From a virus (taxonomy: Duplodnaviria; Caudoviricetes), in the IMG/VR virus record IMGVR_UViG_3300032087_001678, positions 1 through 53,974 of that record: 53,974 nt of DNA; one strand, 5' to 3'. Below are positions 9,701-18,904 of this stretch, piece after piece (the first letter of the stretch is position 1; the number at the start of each line of letters is the position of its first letter). The notes under the pieces are model-generated. The model searched no databases, was not told where the DNA came from, and saw only the letters and a list, made by a program, of their open reading frames with translations. The position numbers and the translations under genes were made by a program.

Positions 9701-12700
9701 ACTAATATCAACAAATTGATGGATGTTGAATGAACCAGTTGAACCTCTATCAAAGAAAAACATTCCATCAACACCAGCAGCATTTTGACCATTTGCACCT
9801 GTATCATATGGACAAACTAAAACATAATGAGGAGTAGAATTATCTGAAGTGCTACCAAGGTCTTTATGGATAACATAATCATCTACATTTGCAAAAGTGT
9901 TAGCGTCAAAGTTTACCTTTCTACTGCTATCTATTGCTGTGGTGCCATTTATTTTTAATTCATGTCCTGATGTTAAATTAAGGTTGGTGGCAAATTCTGA
10001 ATCTGCTGTACCAACTTTTAAATATGTAGCTGAAGTGCCATCTTTAACTCTAAAGAAATTGTCTTGATTATCTGTTGTGAGGTACCAAGTATGACTGCCC
10101 GAATCTTCTAGAGCAATAGATGCACCAGAGCCTGTAGATACTGTTAAGCCATTGGCTTTTAAATTTCCGCCTAAAACATGGAAATCTCCGCCTGATTCAA
10201 AGGTAAAATATTTATAAGAACCACTGGCACCTGTTCTAACGCTTAACTCATTTGCTGCACTTCTGTAAATATATAGCTGCTCAGAAGAGTTAATAAAGAT
10301 TCCTGAGTTGGTTGTGATTGATCCTGTTGAAACAATGCTACCAGAGTTTATAGTTCCTACTGTAATATTAGGTGTGCCATGTAAGCCTGAGGCATCAAGG
10401 GTAGGAGCACCCTCAAGCACCCAGTTCCCATTGTTATAGTCATAATAAAATTCTCTGTTATATAGAGCACTACCCTCTGGGAAAGGTACTATAAACCAAC
10501 GATCATTAGTTGCGTTCCACCTTGATCTCATTTGGTGGGCATTGGTGTTGCCAGATGCTGCACTTGGGGCTTCCCATATTTGTCCTGTTTGGTTTGTAGT
10601 GGTTAAAGTACCGACAGAATTTAAGTTACCGCCATTAAAATCAAAGTTACCAGCAGAATTTATAGTTAATCTTGGTGCGTTTGATGTTTTTAAAATAATA
10701 TTAGCAGCATCTGTTGCCTGTATTTCAAAATCGCCTGTTCCTCTGTGAATAATTTCTGAAGTTGTATTGGCTCCGCCATCACCTCTAATAATCCTAAAAC
10801 CATAATCTGTATAGGTTGTATCACCAACTAAATCTATATACGCAAAATGGTTTGCAGTTGTATCTGTACCAATTTGTAAAAATCTTTCGCCTGTACCTGA
10901 GGCATCTATATTGATGCTGCCACCACTTGTAATACCACTTGTTGTTGATAGCTCTCCAGTAACATTCACCCCATGAGAAAAATCAAAAGTGTCTGTAGCT
11001 GTTTTCCACAACATTTGAGCATCTTGAGTGCTACTTACAGCATCTTGAATAGTAATACCAGCATCGTTGGCTGATCCTGAAGAGTCTCCTGTTGAATAGT
11101 TAAGGGTTATGTTCTTATCTTCGACATCTAATGTTGCGGTGTTTAGCGTTGTCGTAGTGCCATTTACTACTAGATCTCCCTGCACTGTAAGACCGTAGTT
11201 AAAAGTAGCATTACCTGTGTTAGATAGGTATAAGTTCTTATTACTTGAATGACCTATTTCTAATCTATTAGCAGATTCATCAACTCTTAATCTAAATAAA
11301 ATACCATCGTCAGGTCTAAAGGTTAGCTGTGGGTTGGTAGCATCTATTTCAGTCGTTCCGCCTAAAACAATATTGCTGTGCAATACTTTAAAATTAACAG
11401 AAGAGGTGCCACCGCCTGCTGCCTGGAAAAGAACATCACGACTGCTTGATTGCATAGCAGATGAAGTAACAAAAGAGAACCCATTGTCTGTGCGATCCAT
11501 AATAAAGTCGCCTGCACCATCCATTTCAAAGCTAGCACCATTTTCTATGGTTACATTTTGACCAAAGGTAGAAGTTCCATCTACCTCAAAAGCATTGCCT
11601 ACTTTAAACTTTCCATCTTGGAAAAGATAAAGGTCAGTTGTCCCTGCTCTACCGATTCTGAGGTCATCTTGATAAGTATCGATTCTATAGTGATCGTAAG
11701 TGCCATCATGATCAGCAGCAAGTTTTAATTGTATTTCACCACCCTCAGCACTTCCTGTACCATTACCTTCTAGTGCTAATACGCCACCAGAAGAATCGGA
11801 TTGACCTATATGCACATTGCCATAGAACCTTGCAAGTTTAGTGTCAGATAAGGTTAAAGCTTCTGATAAGGTGCCATTAGATTCTGTGTAAAATCTTATT
11901 TCCCCGTCATCGTAGCCAGTGTTTCTGCCTTCTATCTTGCCAAAGGTTCTTAAGGTAGTGTTGTTGCCGTAAGCTCTAAATAATATTTCGGCAGAAGTCA
12001 TGGCTCCTGATGAAGATGCTGTACGATCTAGAACAAGCCTTCCTCCTGGGTATGCTCCTGTTCTGGATGTTATATCTCCGCTTGATGTAATAGCTCCACT
12101 GTTAATGGTTCCTGCAAAAGTGCTATTTGTATCTGTAAAAGAAAGAACATTTGTACCTGCTACTTCATTTCTTACTGCAAGAACATTGTCAGCACCGCTT
12201 TGCCATATTCTCCACTTAACAGCACCCGCAGTTCGATATAAAAGATTGTTGTGATATGAGGTGCTTCCTCTATCAATTTCAATGTTCGCAGCACCGCCGC
12301 CATCAGCAATGAGTTTAGCATTAGCAGTTCCAGTTGTTGCAGATGTTATGATGCTTGAGCTAGTAATTGAACCGCCTGTTGAAAGATTGTTAGTAATGCT
12401 GACATCGGGAGTGCTATCTGAAGCATTAGCACCCACAAACTGCATAACAGAAACATTACTTGTTCCGCTTACATTTTTGTAGAAAGTTAAATCATAACCA
12501 CCACCTGTAATAAAATAATTAGCACCTGCTATATCATTTATTTTTATAGCACCTGCTCTTGAACCGCTTCCTATTGTGACTAAATCTACAGTTCCATGAG
12601 ATGTTAAACTCACATTATTTTCTGTTAGTAAGTCACTAGCACTTATGCTGCCTGAAAGGTAGAGGTCTTTGAATCTGCCTGTGGATTCACCTAAGTCAAT

Positions 12701-14185
12701 AGCATTATCTCTAAGAGCATTAGTAGAACCATTCCAAGGAACAATAGTATCTAAATCATCTGCAAATCTTATAGCAGTATCACCATCACCTATGTATAAA
12801 CGATTACCAAAAGAGCTACCAATAGTTCCAACTGTTGAGCCATTTTTACTAAATACTGCAATATCTCCATCATTATCTAAACGATTAAGTGCTAATGGTG
12901 CTCCTTGATAACGAGCAGCAGCTATATAACCTTTAATACCTGCAACACCAATGTTAATGCCTGGAGTATTTCCTGTATTATTTGTGACATTATTATCAGT
13001 AGTTCCAACTAACAGATTGCCTGCAAAGGTGGCATTTTGTGAGGTGTCTAAAGTTAAAGCAGTAGTTGCCGCTGTTCTAAGTCTAATGGAAGCAGAATCT
13101 TGAGTTTCTATATTAAAGTTGCCTGTGCCTCTGTGATAAATAAATGCAGAAGAATTAGCCCCAGTATTATTTCTAATGATTCTCAAGCCATAATCAGAGT
13201 AAGTAGTATCACCAATAAGGTCAATAAAAGAATAGTGATTAGCTGTAGTATTAGCACCAACTTCAAGAGAAACATTATTTGTGCCACTTGCATTTATATT
13301 AATATTTTGACTACTACTTATTGCACCACTTGAGACAGCTGCAAACGATGGGGTAGATGTACCGCTATCTAGGTAGTCTTCTATCTTAGTATTTAAGGAT
13401 GCTGTTGTTGCCTGGTTAGATGCATTACCTATGAAGATGTTACCGTCATTAAGGTTTGGGGTGTCATTTGATCTCCCCGCACCACCTACCTTAATAGATC
13501 CTGATGAGGCATGAGATTTTTGAACTTTACCTATGTTTTGTATTAAAGAAGATTCACCTGTTGGCTTTGAATTAGTTAATGCTCCTGCGGTTGTAGAAAC
13601 ATATAAAGTATCACCAAGGCTGAATGCAGAAGTATCAAGACCTGAAATGGTACCAAAGGTTACAACCTCTGTAGATCCATTGGCTGATGCTGCTGTCAAT
13701 ACCAAGCCAAAAGCTGGCATTTTACTTGTAAAGTCTGCGTCTGCTAAAGCAACTATTGGAGTATTGCCAGTGATGCCTGAAACATACACCGCATCACCTT
13801 TAGAAACAGCTTCACCTGCTTGGGCTTTAAATATAACTGCACCACGAAGATCTCCGATAAATTCATCGGCAGTAACTTCGCCTGCATCTACTTGTGGGAA
13901 TGTTTCTAGAACTTTAGCAACTAATCTAAGCTCTATTAAGTCGCCTGATACGAATGCTCTGGCTGTAGTATTGTCTTGTCCACGAACAACTGTAAGCGTG
14001 TTGCTGCTGATAGCCGTGACTTCAACTATCTCATTATTTGTTCCATCATCTATGGTGCAATAAAATATATCACCGCCAGTAAGTGATGGAAAAACTGAAC
14101 CATCCGCAACGGTGATTGTTGTAGCACTGTTGCTTATGTTACTGGCAAGTGTTGTCCTTGCATTGTTACTAAAGACAATTGCCAT
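6767..14185 (-). CDS. giant tail fibre with C-terminal intramolecular chaperone (peptidase S74)
   Basis: 2472 aa, G/S/T/N-rich; C-terminal AYSDERLKENI...GVIAQE...LLIEAIKEQQEQI. Confidence 0.9.
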   Translation of the reverse strand: MAIVFSNNARTTLASNISNSATTITVADGSVFPSLTGGDIFYCTIDDGTNNEIVEVTAISSNTLTVVRGQDNTTARAFVSGDLIELRLVAKVLETFPQVDAGEVTADEFIGDLRGAVIFKAQAGEAVSKGDAVYVSGITGNTPIVALADADFTSKMPAFGLVLTAASANGSTEVVTFGTISGLDTSAFSLGDTLYVSTTAGALTNSKPTGESSLIQNIGKVQKSHASSGSIKVGGAGRSNDTPNLNDGNIFIGNASNQATTASLNTKIEDYLDSGTSTPSFAAVSSGAISSSQNININASGTNNVSLEVGANTTANHYSFIDLIGDTTYSDYGLRIIRNNTGANSSAFIYHRGTGNFNIETQDSASIRLRTAATTALTLDTSQNATFAGNLLVGTTDNNVTNNTGNTPGINIGVAGIKGYIAAARYQGAPLALNRLDNDGDIAVFSKNGSTVGTIGSSFGNRLYIGDGDTAIRFADDLDTIVPWNGSTNALRDNAIDLGESTGRFKDLYLSGSISASDLLTENNVSLTSHGTVDLVTIGSGSRAGAIKINDIAGANYFITGGGYDLTFYKNVSGTSNVSVMQFVGANASDSTPDVSITNNLSTGGSITSSSIITSATTGTANAKLIADGGGAANIEIDRGSTSYHNNLLYRTAGAVKWRIWQSGADNVLAVRNEVAGTNVLSFTDTNSTFAGTINSGAITSSGDITSRTGAYPGGRLVLDRTASSSGAMTSAEILFRAYGNNTTLRTFGKIEGRNTGYDDGEIRFYTESNGTLSEALTLSDTKLARFYGNVHIGQSDSSGGVLALEGNGTGSAEGGEIQLKLAADHDGTYDHYRIDTYQDDLRIGRAGTTDLYLFQDGKFKVGNAFEVDGTSTFGQNVTIENGASFEMDGAGDFIMDRTDNGFSFVTSSAMQSSSRDVLFQAAGGGTSSVNFKVLHSNIVLGGTTEIDATNPQLTFRPDDGILFRLRVDESANRLEIGHSSNKNLYLSNTGNATFNYGLTVQGDLVVNGTTTTLNTATLDVEDKNITLNYSTGDSSGSANDAGITIQDAVSSTQDAQMLWKTATDTFDFSHGVNVTGELSTTSGITSGGSINIDASGTGERFLQIGTDTTANHFAYIDLVGDTTYTDYGFRIIRGDGGANTTSEIIHRGTGDFEIQATDAANIILKTSNAPRLTINSAGNFDFNGGNLNSVGTLTTTNQTGQIWEAPSAASGNTNAHQMRSRWNATNDRWFIVPFPEGSALYNREFYYDYNNGNWVLEGAPTLDASGLHGTPNITVGTINSGSIVSTGSITTNSGIFINSSEQLYIYRSAANELSVRTGASGSYKYFTFESGGDFHVLGGNLKANGLTVSTGSGASIALEDSGSHTWYLTTDNQDNFFRVKDGTSATYLKVGTADSEFATNLNLTSGHELKINGTTAIDSSRKVNFDANTFANVDDYVIHKDLGSTSDNSTPHYVLVCPYDTGANGQNAAGVDGMFFFDRGSTGSFNIHQFVDISAKTAWSSTIVSRYSASSGYKLSVVTYNSVNYLAIYVPQTSSRKVGFTGTRWKQGGFTPSMVASTAVTVVTATHTDASLINFNQRAFNLDFSNNMTLSGSLTVNSNFETNGVATFDNNGVISTAGNRQFQVRDSDNTNLNLYIIADKAHGTNGGAIIQVTESGVSNDRPLFLQGHGGNVAIGNQGSDPSEKLVVSGNLLLDSDNAEINLKSGGIGTIGAVNWTFNTTGTNYAAIKLPYDTRASVGFHIDSGYPITLDSTTNTNFAISGTTYGQLNTTGLAVNRVYGYNDSAGIRLGNFSSGNTDETGSSVVRFLRAADASGWDQYYIKGSTSRGVFGTQFIGWHMDASKSWGVFSSGWDTEMQVDAASGKTYIKQLGVGTVPTAQLDVRNGDNHTANTNDWGIASFEDGSNSGMSIGYNTAGNAFLYARTRGTDGRKLVINDTLTVTKAFTGGDGKRVGILNNSPAHALDVTGDAHLTGRLYTAAITVDSTTNSSSVQYGSNQSRTFTKDNAGATGSQSGFFETASPTNYYSGASSWQHLIEARHSNNANNYSMQIAGSFFDQDFYVRKTNNSATTAWTKMALGSVDNDIGALRIHTGNINNTNTNLGLFFDGNYETGQFRHRLRKSDPGSGLPLHIDYAHTTANSYTTIAQFGGGGTYPNFEVFGGASECAKFHSTTTDSRAIKIQDRSNNGGNIIQFLDTSGSNIWEVVGRSSTFYVYKNSGTGSGYKWQINSSGQHTFTGDVFYPNAVTFNGTVGGSFTSSDFRQHLQGTVGYDGSTANYPSHRLTHTRGNRAWGNVLEIRQDNASDSDRPSMIFTAGQESGESWSVGYGFTDDQFRIKKDHGYVSNSWGTALMTMNRTGDVTFAGNVTAYSDERLKENIKTIPNAIDTVKQIRGVTYNWKETGKEGLGVIAQEIEKVPVLKSLVSETAEDGSTEFKQKNVAYGNMVGLLIEAIKEQQEQIESLKSEINNLKGGN

Positions 14186-14199
14186 TAATTACCTCTTTT

Positions 14200-14631
14200 T
14201 TAGCTAACTGTAACTGTCCAGGTGATTGTCATAGAGTCAGCAGATCCTTTGTTTACAACTGAGAAAACTGTTCTACATAACATGGTGCCACCTGATGAAG
14301 CATTAAATATACCTGCTTCTGTTACCGCACCTGTACCAGTTCCTGCTCCAAAAGTAGCAACATAAACGATGTCATTGTCCGTAACTGTTGTTGAAGTTAG
14401 GGCTGTTCTACTTCCTGATAATTCAGAACCTAGGGCGGAGTCTGAAGCAGCAGCAGCTGTAGAACCTGTACCAATTGCCATATGTGACATAGCAGAATCT
14501 GTTGTATCTTTCATTCTAGACGCAACAAAATCTTTTCCGTCACTAACAACAATATTTGGAACCTCAGCAACGACTTCATCGTTAAGCTCGATCTTTAATT
14601 TACCTGTCAGTTTAAAATTATCGACTATCAT
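14200..14631 (-). CDS. virion structural protein
   Basis: MAIGTG..., TEAGIFNA..GGTMLCRTVF motif, common in phage tail-associated proteins. Confidence 0.65.
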   Translation of the reverse strand: MIVDNFKLTGKLKIELNDEVVAEVPNIVVSDGKDFVASRMKDTTDSAMSHMAIGTGSTAAAASDSALGSELSGSRTALTSTTVTDNDIVYVATFGAGTGTGAVTEAGIFNASSGGTMLCRTVFSVVNKGSADSMTITWTVTVS

Positions 14632-14639
14632 TTTTACTC

Positions 14640-15866
14640 CTAATTAAGAGCACTTGTATTAAGTGCAGCAGTATTTAAGACACTTTTTGAACTTACGATT
14701 ACCTTCAAGCTAATGCTTTCAGACATAGTTAAAGTATCATCAATACTTTTGCTAAAAGATATCACATCTTGTTCTGATATGGAAAGGCTATCTGCCTTTG
14801 CAAGGGCTTGAGATTTAGCTAACTGCTCACTAATTCCAAAGGAATCACTAAAGGGTTTAGCAACTAATGTAGCTGCCTGTTCAGACATAGTTGCTGTATC
14901 AGATAGGGGTTTAGTAAAGTCAAAAACACTATCCTCTGATAAGAATGCCACATTGGTTTTTTCTGAACTTACATCTGTTTGTAATGGGTCATCAACACTA
15001 GCTACATCATCTAAACTAAATGCATCTGAAAAAGATCTAACAAAAGAGACTGTTCTGCTAAAGGATTCGCTCATAGTGAAAGAATCAGAGTGAGGAGCTT
15101 CAAACAATAAAGCTGGTGCCTCGCTCATACTTAGCGTATCTGATTTAGGTAAGCTTAAGTCTTTAGCGTCTGTCTCACCCATAGACACACTATCAGACTT
15201 ACCAAGCCCTAAGTTAAATATAGAATCTTCGGATATTGAGAAACTATCACTAACATTCTTGCCTATAGCAAAGTCTGCATCTTCAAAGATTAGAACAGAG
15301 TGTTGTATTCTTTTTGAAACATCAAATGTTTGATCATCGCTAAAGTTGAAGTTGTCATCTGTAATAGGTCTTTCAAACAAGATGGCTGGTTGATCAGAAA
15401 GTGTATAGCTATCACTAAAGTCTCTTAAGAACTCTAATAATATATCTATTGACTCAAGCATAGTTGCTGAGTCTGATAAGCCTTTAGCGACATCAAGGGT
15501 TTGTTCATCTGTAAATGAAAAAGAATCTGTGAAAGGTTTGTTTACTGAGTAAGCTAACTCTTCCAACATACTCAAAGTAACTGCATTTGGATTACCTTTA
15601 GTAAAGTAAAGATTCTTAGTATCTGGATCTACCAGGATATCGGCAAATAGATTTAAACTTTGAACAGCAAGATTTGGTTGTACAAAATTAAGCAATACCC
15701 CTGAGATAGGAGCAATAACAGATGCTGATACACCTAAATTTGGATCAAGGGTTGAGGTTTGTAATGTAGGGGAATTAGACTCAGCGGCTTCTACTGTAAG
15801 AGAAACCTCTTGGGTTTTGACACTTACTTGTAGGTTCGGATACTCTACAACTAATCTTATAGCCAT
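14640..15866 (-). CDS. acidic repeat virion protein (~19-aa K..SDS.S.SE repeats)
   Basis: More than ten imperfect repeats visible in the translation; structural-module context. Confidence 0.6.
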   Translation of the reverse strand: MAIRLVVEYPNLQVSVKTQEVSLTVEAAESNSPTLQTSTLDPNLGVSASVIAPISGVLLNFVQPNLAVQSLNLFADILVDPDTKNLYFTKGNPNAVTLSMLEELAYSVNKPFTDSFSFTDEQTLDVAKGLSDSATMLESIDILLEFLRDFSDSYTLSDQPAILFERPITDDNFNFSDDQTFDVSKRIQHSVLIFEDADFAIGKNVSDSFSISEDSIFNLGLGKSDSVSMGETDAKDLSLPKSDTLSMSEAPALLFEAPHSDSFTMSESFSRTVSFVRSFSDAFSLDDVASVDDPLQTDVSSEKTNVAFLSEDSVFDFTKPLSDTATMSEQAATLVAKPFSDSFGISEQLAKSQALAKADSLSISEQDVISFSKSIDDTLTMSESISLKVIVSSKSVLNTAALNTSALN

Positions 15867-16240
15867 TAGTCAAAGTCATCTCTCACATTAAATTTAATTA
15901 AATCATTAACGGTCTGTATGTTGCCATCAGATTTGGTTATTTCTATTTCTCCCTCGTAAAACCCTGCCTCAGTAAATGTTGAACTGGTAAATACCATGGC
16001 ACACTTACCTGCGGTAGCATTTGTAATAGAACAAACAATAGTATCAACAATAGCTGTTGTACCTATTTTTCTTATTCTTACTCTTGTTGTAGAACCTGTT
16101 AGATCTATAGGGGCAAAAGTTGTCGGATCTTCTGGATCTAATGTTTTTCCAGTAGCCGCAGTATTTGAATCTGTTAAAGTAAAGTTAAGCTCTGGATGTG
16201 TATCCCCAACTACTACTTTAATTGTTGTTGAATATGCCAT
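15866..16240 (-). CDS. BppU-N-like Ig-fold structural protein
   Basis: GDTHPELNFTLTD...IDLTG...G.YEGEIEIT pattern. Confidence 0.6.
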   Translation of the reverse strand: MAYSTTIKVVVGDTHPELNFTLTDSNTAATGKTLDPEDPTTFAPIDLTGSTTRVRIRKIGTTAIVDTIVCSITNATAGKCAMVFTSSTFTEAGFYEGEIEITKSDGNIQTVNDLIKFNVRDDFD

Positions 16241-16917
16241 TACATAAACTCCTGGTATTTAACTGTTAAAGGAGCACCTACTAAGCCATATTTAGATTTT
16301 CTAACAGCTTGTGCTTCACCTTTATCATACATTCTTTTGTTCAGATCTGCTGCCTGAACATCGCTCCAAGGACTATCTTTCATCATTTGCAATCTATACA
16401 AAGCACCATGAATAATAGTTTCTTGATACTCATTAACAATTATATTAGGAATTGTTGTTGCTGTCGCTGTTGGCTTTAAACTATATAGTGCATATAACGA
16501 ATAGTTTTTATCTGGGGTGGGTGCGAATAATATAATCTCTTGATTTCTTTGTGAATAATATTTAGGTCTACCTTTACCATAAGCATCAATCAATGAAGGT
16601 GTGCCTATTAAAGACTTAGGCTCTAATCTTGATAAGCTTTTTTCTGAAACCTGATCATTCGATTCACCAATCTCATAATAAAAATCAATAATGTGGTTTA
16701 ACTCAGTTCCTGTTGGGATATCTAAGTCGGCAGCCTCATACTCATTAATCCCTGTAACTGTTTGAAATAGGGTTAGTTCTGATAAATAAATATCAGTATT
16801 TACGCAAAAATCTATTATAGTATTTCGCAGTTCTTCAATAGCAATAAAAGACGGACAGCTTGGAGCCTCTCTTTTTACCTTAGGTACTAATGATTCTATC
16901 TTTTTTGCTACTGCCAT
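16240..16917 (-). CDS. head-tail adaptor / tail tubular protein A-like
   Basis: Position in the structural module; PSCP, DFC, APTPD and IIHGALYRL motifs. Confidence 0.65.
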   Translation of the reverse strand: MAVAKKIESLVPKVKREAPSCPSFIAIEELRNTIIDFCVNTDIYLSELTLFQTVTGINEYEAADLDIPTGTELNHIIDFYYEIGESNDQVSEKSLSRLEPKSLIGTPSLIDAYGKGRPKYYSQRNQEIILFAPTPDKNYSLYALYSLKPTATATTIPNIIVNEYQETIIHGALYRLQMMKDSPWSDVQAADLNKRMYDKGEAQAVRKSKYGLVGAPLTVKYQEFM

Positions 16918-16923
16918 TATTCA

Positions 16924-17589
16924 TTATTGTGCTGGTGTTGATGGTCTTGGAGTAGATCCAGCATCAACTTGGTTTTTAATTCCTAGTGAATTTTGAAAAG
17001 ACTGTAAGTAGACGCCTGATCTTTGGAGATCACCTGCATACTCAGTATCTTTCTGATATGCCCTATACAACATGAAATCTAAAATAGCATTAGCGTAAAC
17101 ATCATCTAAAGAAATAACTGTAGTATCAGAACTAAAATTACTAATACTTATATCTGTAGGTGCTGAACTATAAACAATTTCTATAGTTGCATCTGATGCT
17201 GTTGTATGTGGATAAACATAAAATATTTTAGGATCTAATGGATCATAAACATAATGCTCAACATTAGTTCCCGTTGTTCCGTGCCAGTCTTCTATTTGAT
17301 CGTCTAATACTCTTCTTTCAATATTTGTTATTGGTTTAGAAGATGGATTTGAATTTCTGTAAATAGATAATAATCTAAGAGCTGCACTCGGCAAACTCTG
17401 TTTAGCACTATCAGCAACTAAAGTAAAAGACGCATTGACTGGGTTTGCATCTGGTCTAAATAAAACAATCTCTCTTTGAGCATCATTCAAATAGTTCAAT
17501 AAGGTTTGTTGTGACCATCTAACATTAGTCGTGTCTTGCAGAATCTCCTCTGCTCTATTGATAAGGTCAATTACTTTAACGGTTGCCAT
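16924..17589 (-). CDS. head-tail adaptor (DUF6682-like)
   Basis: LQD...RWS...LL.YLNDAQREI..RPDA and LYRAYQKD.EYA motifs. Confidence 0.65.
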   Translation of the reverse strand: MATVKVIDLINRAEEILQDTTNVRWSQQTLLNYLNDAQREIVLFRPDANPVNASFTLVADSAKQSLPSAALRLLSIYRNSNPSSKPITNIERRVLDDQIEDWHGTTGTNVEHYVYDPLDPKIFYVYPHTTASDATIEIVYSSAPTDISISNFSSDTTVISLDDVYANAILDFMLYRAYQKDTEYAGDLQRSGVYLQSFQNSLGIKNQVDAGSTPRPSTPAQ

Positions 17590-17590
17590 T

Positions 17591-17875
17591 TTATAATCCT
17601 AATACTTTTTTCTCTTCGTCTGTTAAAGATCCTTTGTCATATACAAATGACCAAAATTCTGGTCTATGCATTGGGTGCCAGGGAACTATTTTCCCGTGTT
17701 CACCTCTTGAAGCAATTGGATCTCCTGAGCTAGATTCAACAACAACTTCTTCGTCAACTTCTACTGAGTTTTCTAGTGAAGCATACTGATGCTCTAGATC
17801 TTTTAGTTTGTCTTTTGGGTTTAGAGAAACATCAAATTTCTCTTTTGCTGATTTAATTAATTCGTCTTTTGTCAT
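17591..17875 (-). CDS. hypothetical protein
   Basis: GAGG RBS; lies downstream of the capsid terminator. Confidence 0.6.
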   Translation of the reverse strand: MTKDELIKSAKEKFDVSLNPKDKLKDLEHQYASLENSVEVDEEVVVESSSGDPIASRGEHGKIVPWHPMHRPEFWSFVYDKGSLTDEEKKVLGL

Positions 17876-17904
17876 AGTAACCTCGGTTTAATTATAACTA
17901 TGCT

Positions 17905-17933
17905 TAAGTTATCACAAAAACATATATACAAGC
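17905..17933 (-). promoter_or_regulatory. candidate late promoter, extended -10 (GTGATAACTTA)
   Basis: TGn-TAACTT just after the capsid terminator; near-identical 11-mer at 47841-47851. Confidence 0.45.
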
Positions 17934-17940
17934 TAGTAGG

Positions 17941-17975
17941 AAAAAAACAAAAAAGAAGGGGAGCCGAAGCTCCCC
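17941..17975 (-). terminator. Rho-independent terminator after major capsid gene
   Basis: GGGGAGC-UUCG-GCUCCCC followed by a U-rich tract. Confidence 0.92.
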
Positions 17976-17986
17976 CCAAGTTAATA

Positions 17987-18853
17987 TTAAGCTACTTGTA
18001 ACTTAAATTCACCAATCGCTGTTGGTAGGATAACTTTGTATCCGTAAACAGACAGACCTCTAACGCCATCACCAAATGAAGACTCAAGTCTTACAGTTTC
18101 GGTGTTAGTCATTTGAGAAGCATAAGCAATAGCTTTTGGATGTCCGTACAGACCAGATGTTACACCAGCTGTTGTAGACAGGTTGTTAGATACATACATA
18201 TTGAATCTATCAACTGTTCCGATGAAGCCATTTCTTAATGGTGAAACATTGTCACCAGTTAAGTATGCTTGTCTAAGTTCTGACTGTTTTAACAATGTAG
18301 CAACAGCTGGGTTGATGATCATGAATCTTCCATCTTCTGGAATATTATTTTCATCAAGTTGCTGTCCTGCATCAAGAATAAAACCAAGAACATTAGATGC
18401 TGTAATGTTTGATGGTGTAGCATTGATATCTGTTAAAGATGATCCTGCTGCAACATTTGCAAACACATCTTGCTCAATAGCGATTTTCATGTTCTGAGCT
18501 GCATCATTTGCTGCTTCGTTCATGAAGTCGATATCGGCTTGTTCTTTTAGAATGTCATCAACTTTAAAAGCATAGCTTTTAGCTTTGTCGATGTTTAACT
18601 CAATGGTAGATGAAGTAACATCTGAATAGGATAGAGATCCTGAGTAATCAGCAACTGAAACTGCTGGTACTGTTCTAATGTTAACTTTATTACCTAACCC
18701 TGAAATTTCTCCTTCGTACTCGTTAGTTGTTACCTCAGATAAAACGGTCTGAGCGTAAAACTTAGCTTGTAACTTTCTAGAGAATACTTCAGGTATAAAA
18801 TGCTGTTCACCAGCTGCGAAGCTAAAGCTTCCGCCTGAAGATGAATATGCCAT
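17987..18853 (-). CDS. major capsid protein
   Basis: FIPEVFS, YEGEI..GNKVNI, IPEDGRF and G.SVYGYKV motifs of HK97-fold coats; follows scaffold, precedes strong terminator. Confidence 0.9.
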   Translation of the reverse strand: MAYSSSGGSFSFAAGEQHFIPEVFSRKLQAKFYAQTVLSEVTTNEYEGEISGLGNKVNIRTVPAVSVADYSGSLSYSDVTSSTIELNIDKAKSYAFKVDDILKEQADIDFMNEAANDAAQNMKIAIEQDVFANVAAGSSLTDINATPSNITASNVLGFILDAGQQLDENNIPEDGRFMIINPAVATLLKQSELRQAYLTGDNVSPLRNGFIGTVDRFNMYVSNNLSTTAGVTSGLYGHPKAIAYASQMTNTETVRLESSFGDGVRGLSVYGYKVILPTAIGEFKLQVA

Positions 18854-18904
18854 ATTAATTACCTCTTAAATATAAAAAAAGTTTATCTAAAAAGTAGTAA
18901 TCTC

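Noticed and set aside
6767-14185. Diversity-generating retroelement acting on the tail fibre
   Set aside because: No reverse transcriptase and no adenine-specific TR/VR pair seen; the internal duplication is old and divergent.
932-16247. Numerous + strand ORFs opposite the structural and Csg genes (also 40053-53627)
   Set aside because: Antisense shadows of long minus-strand genes, with no RBS or recognisable motifs.
17900-17916. CRP sites linking the cyclase to phage promoters (also ~25422-25437)
   Set aside because: Only half-sites or weak matches to TGTGA-N6-TCACA.
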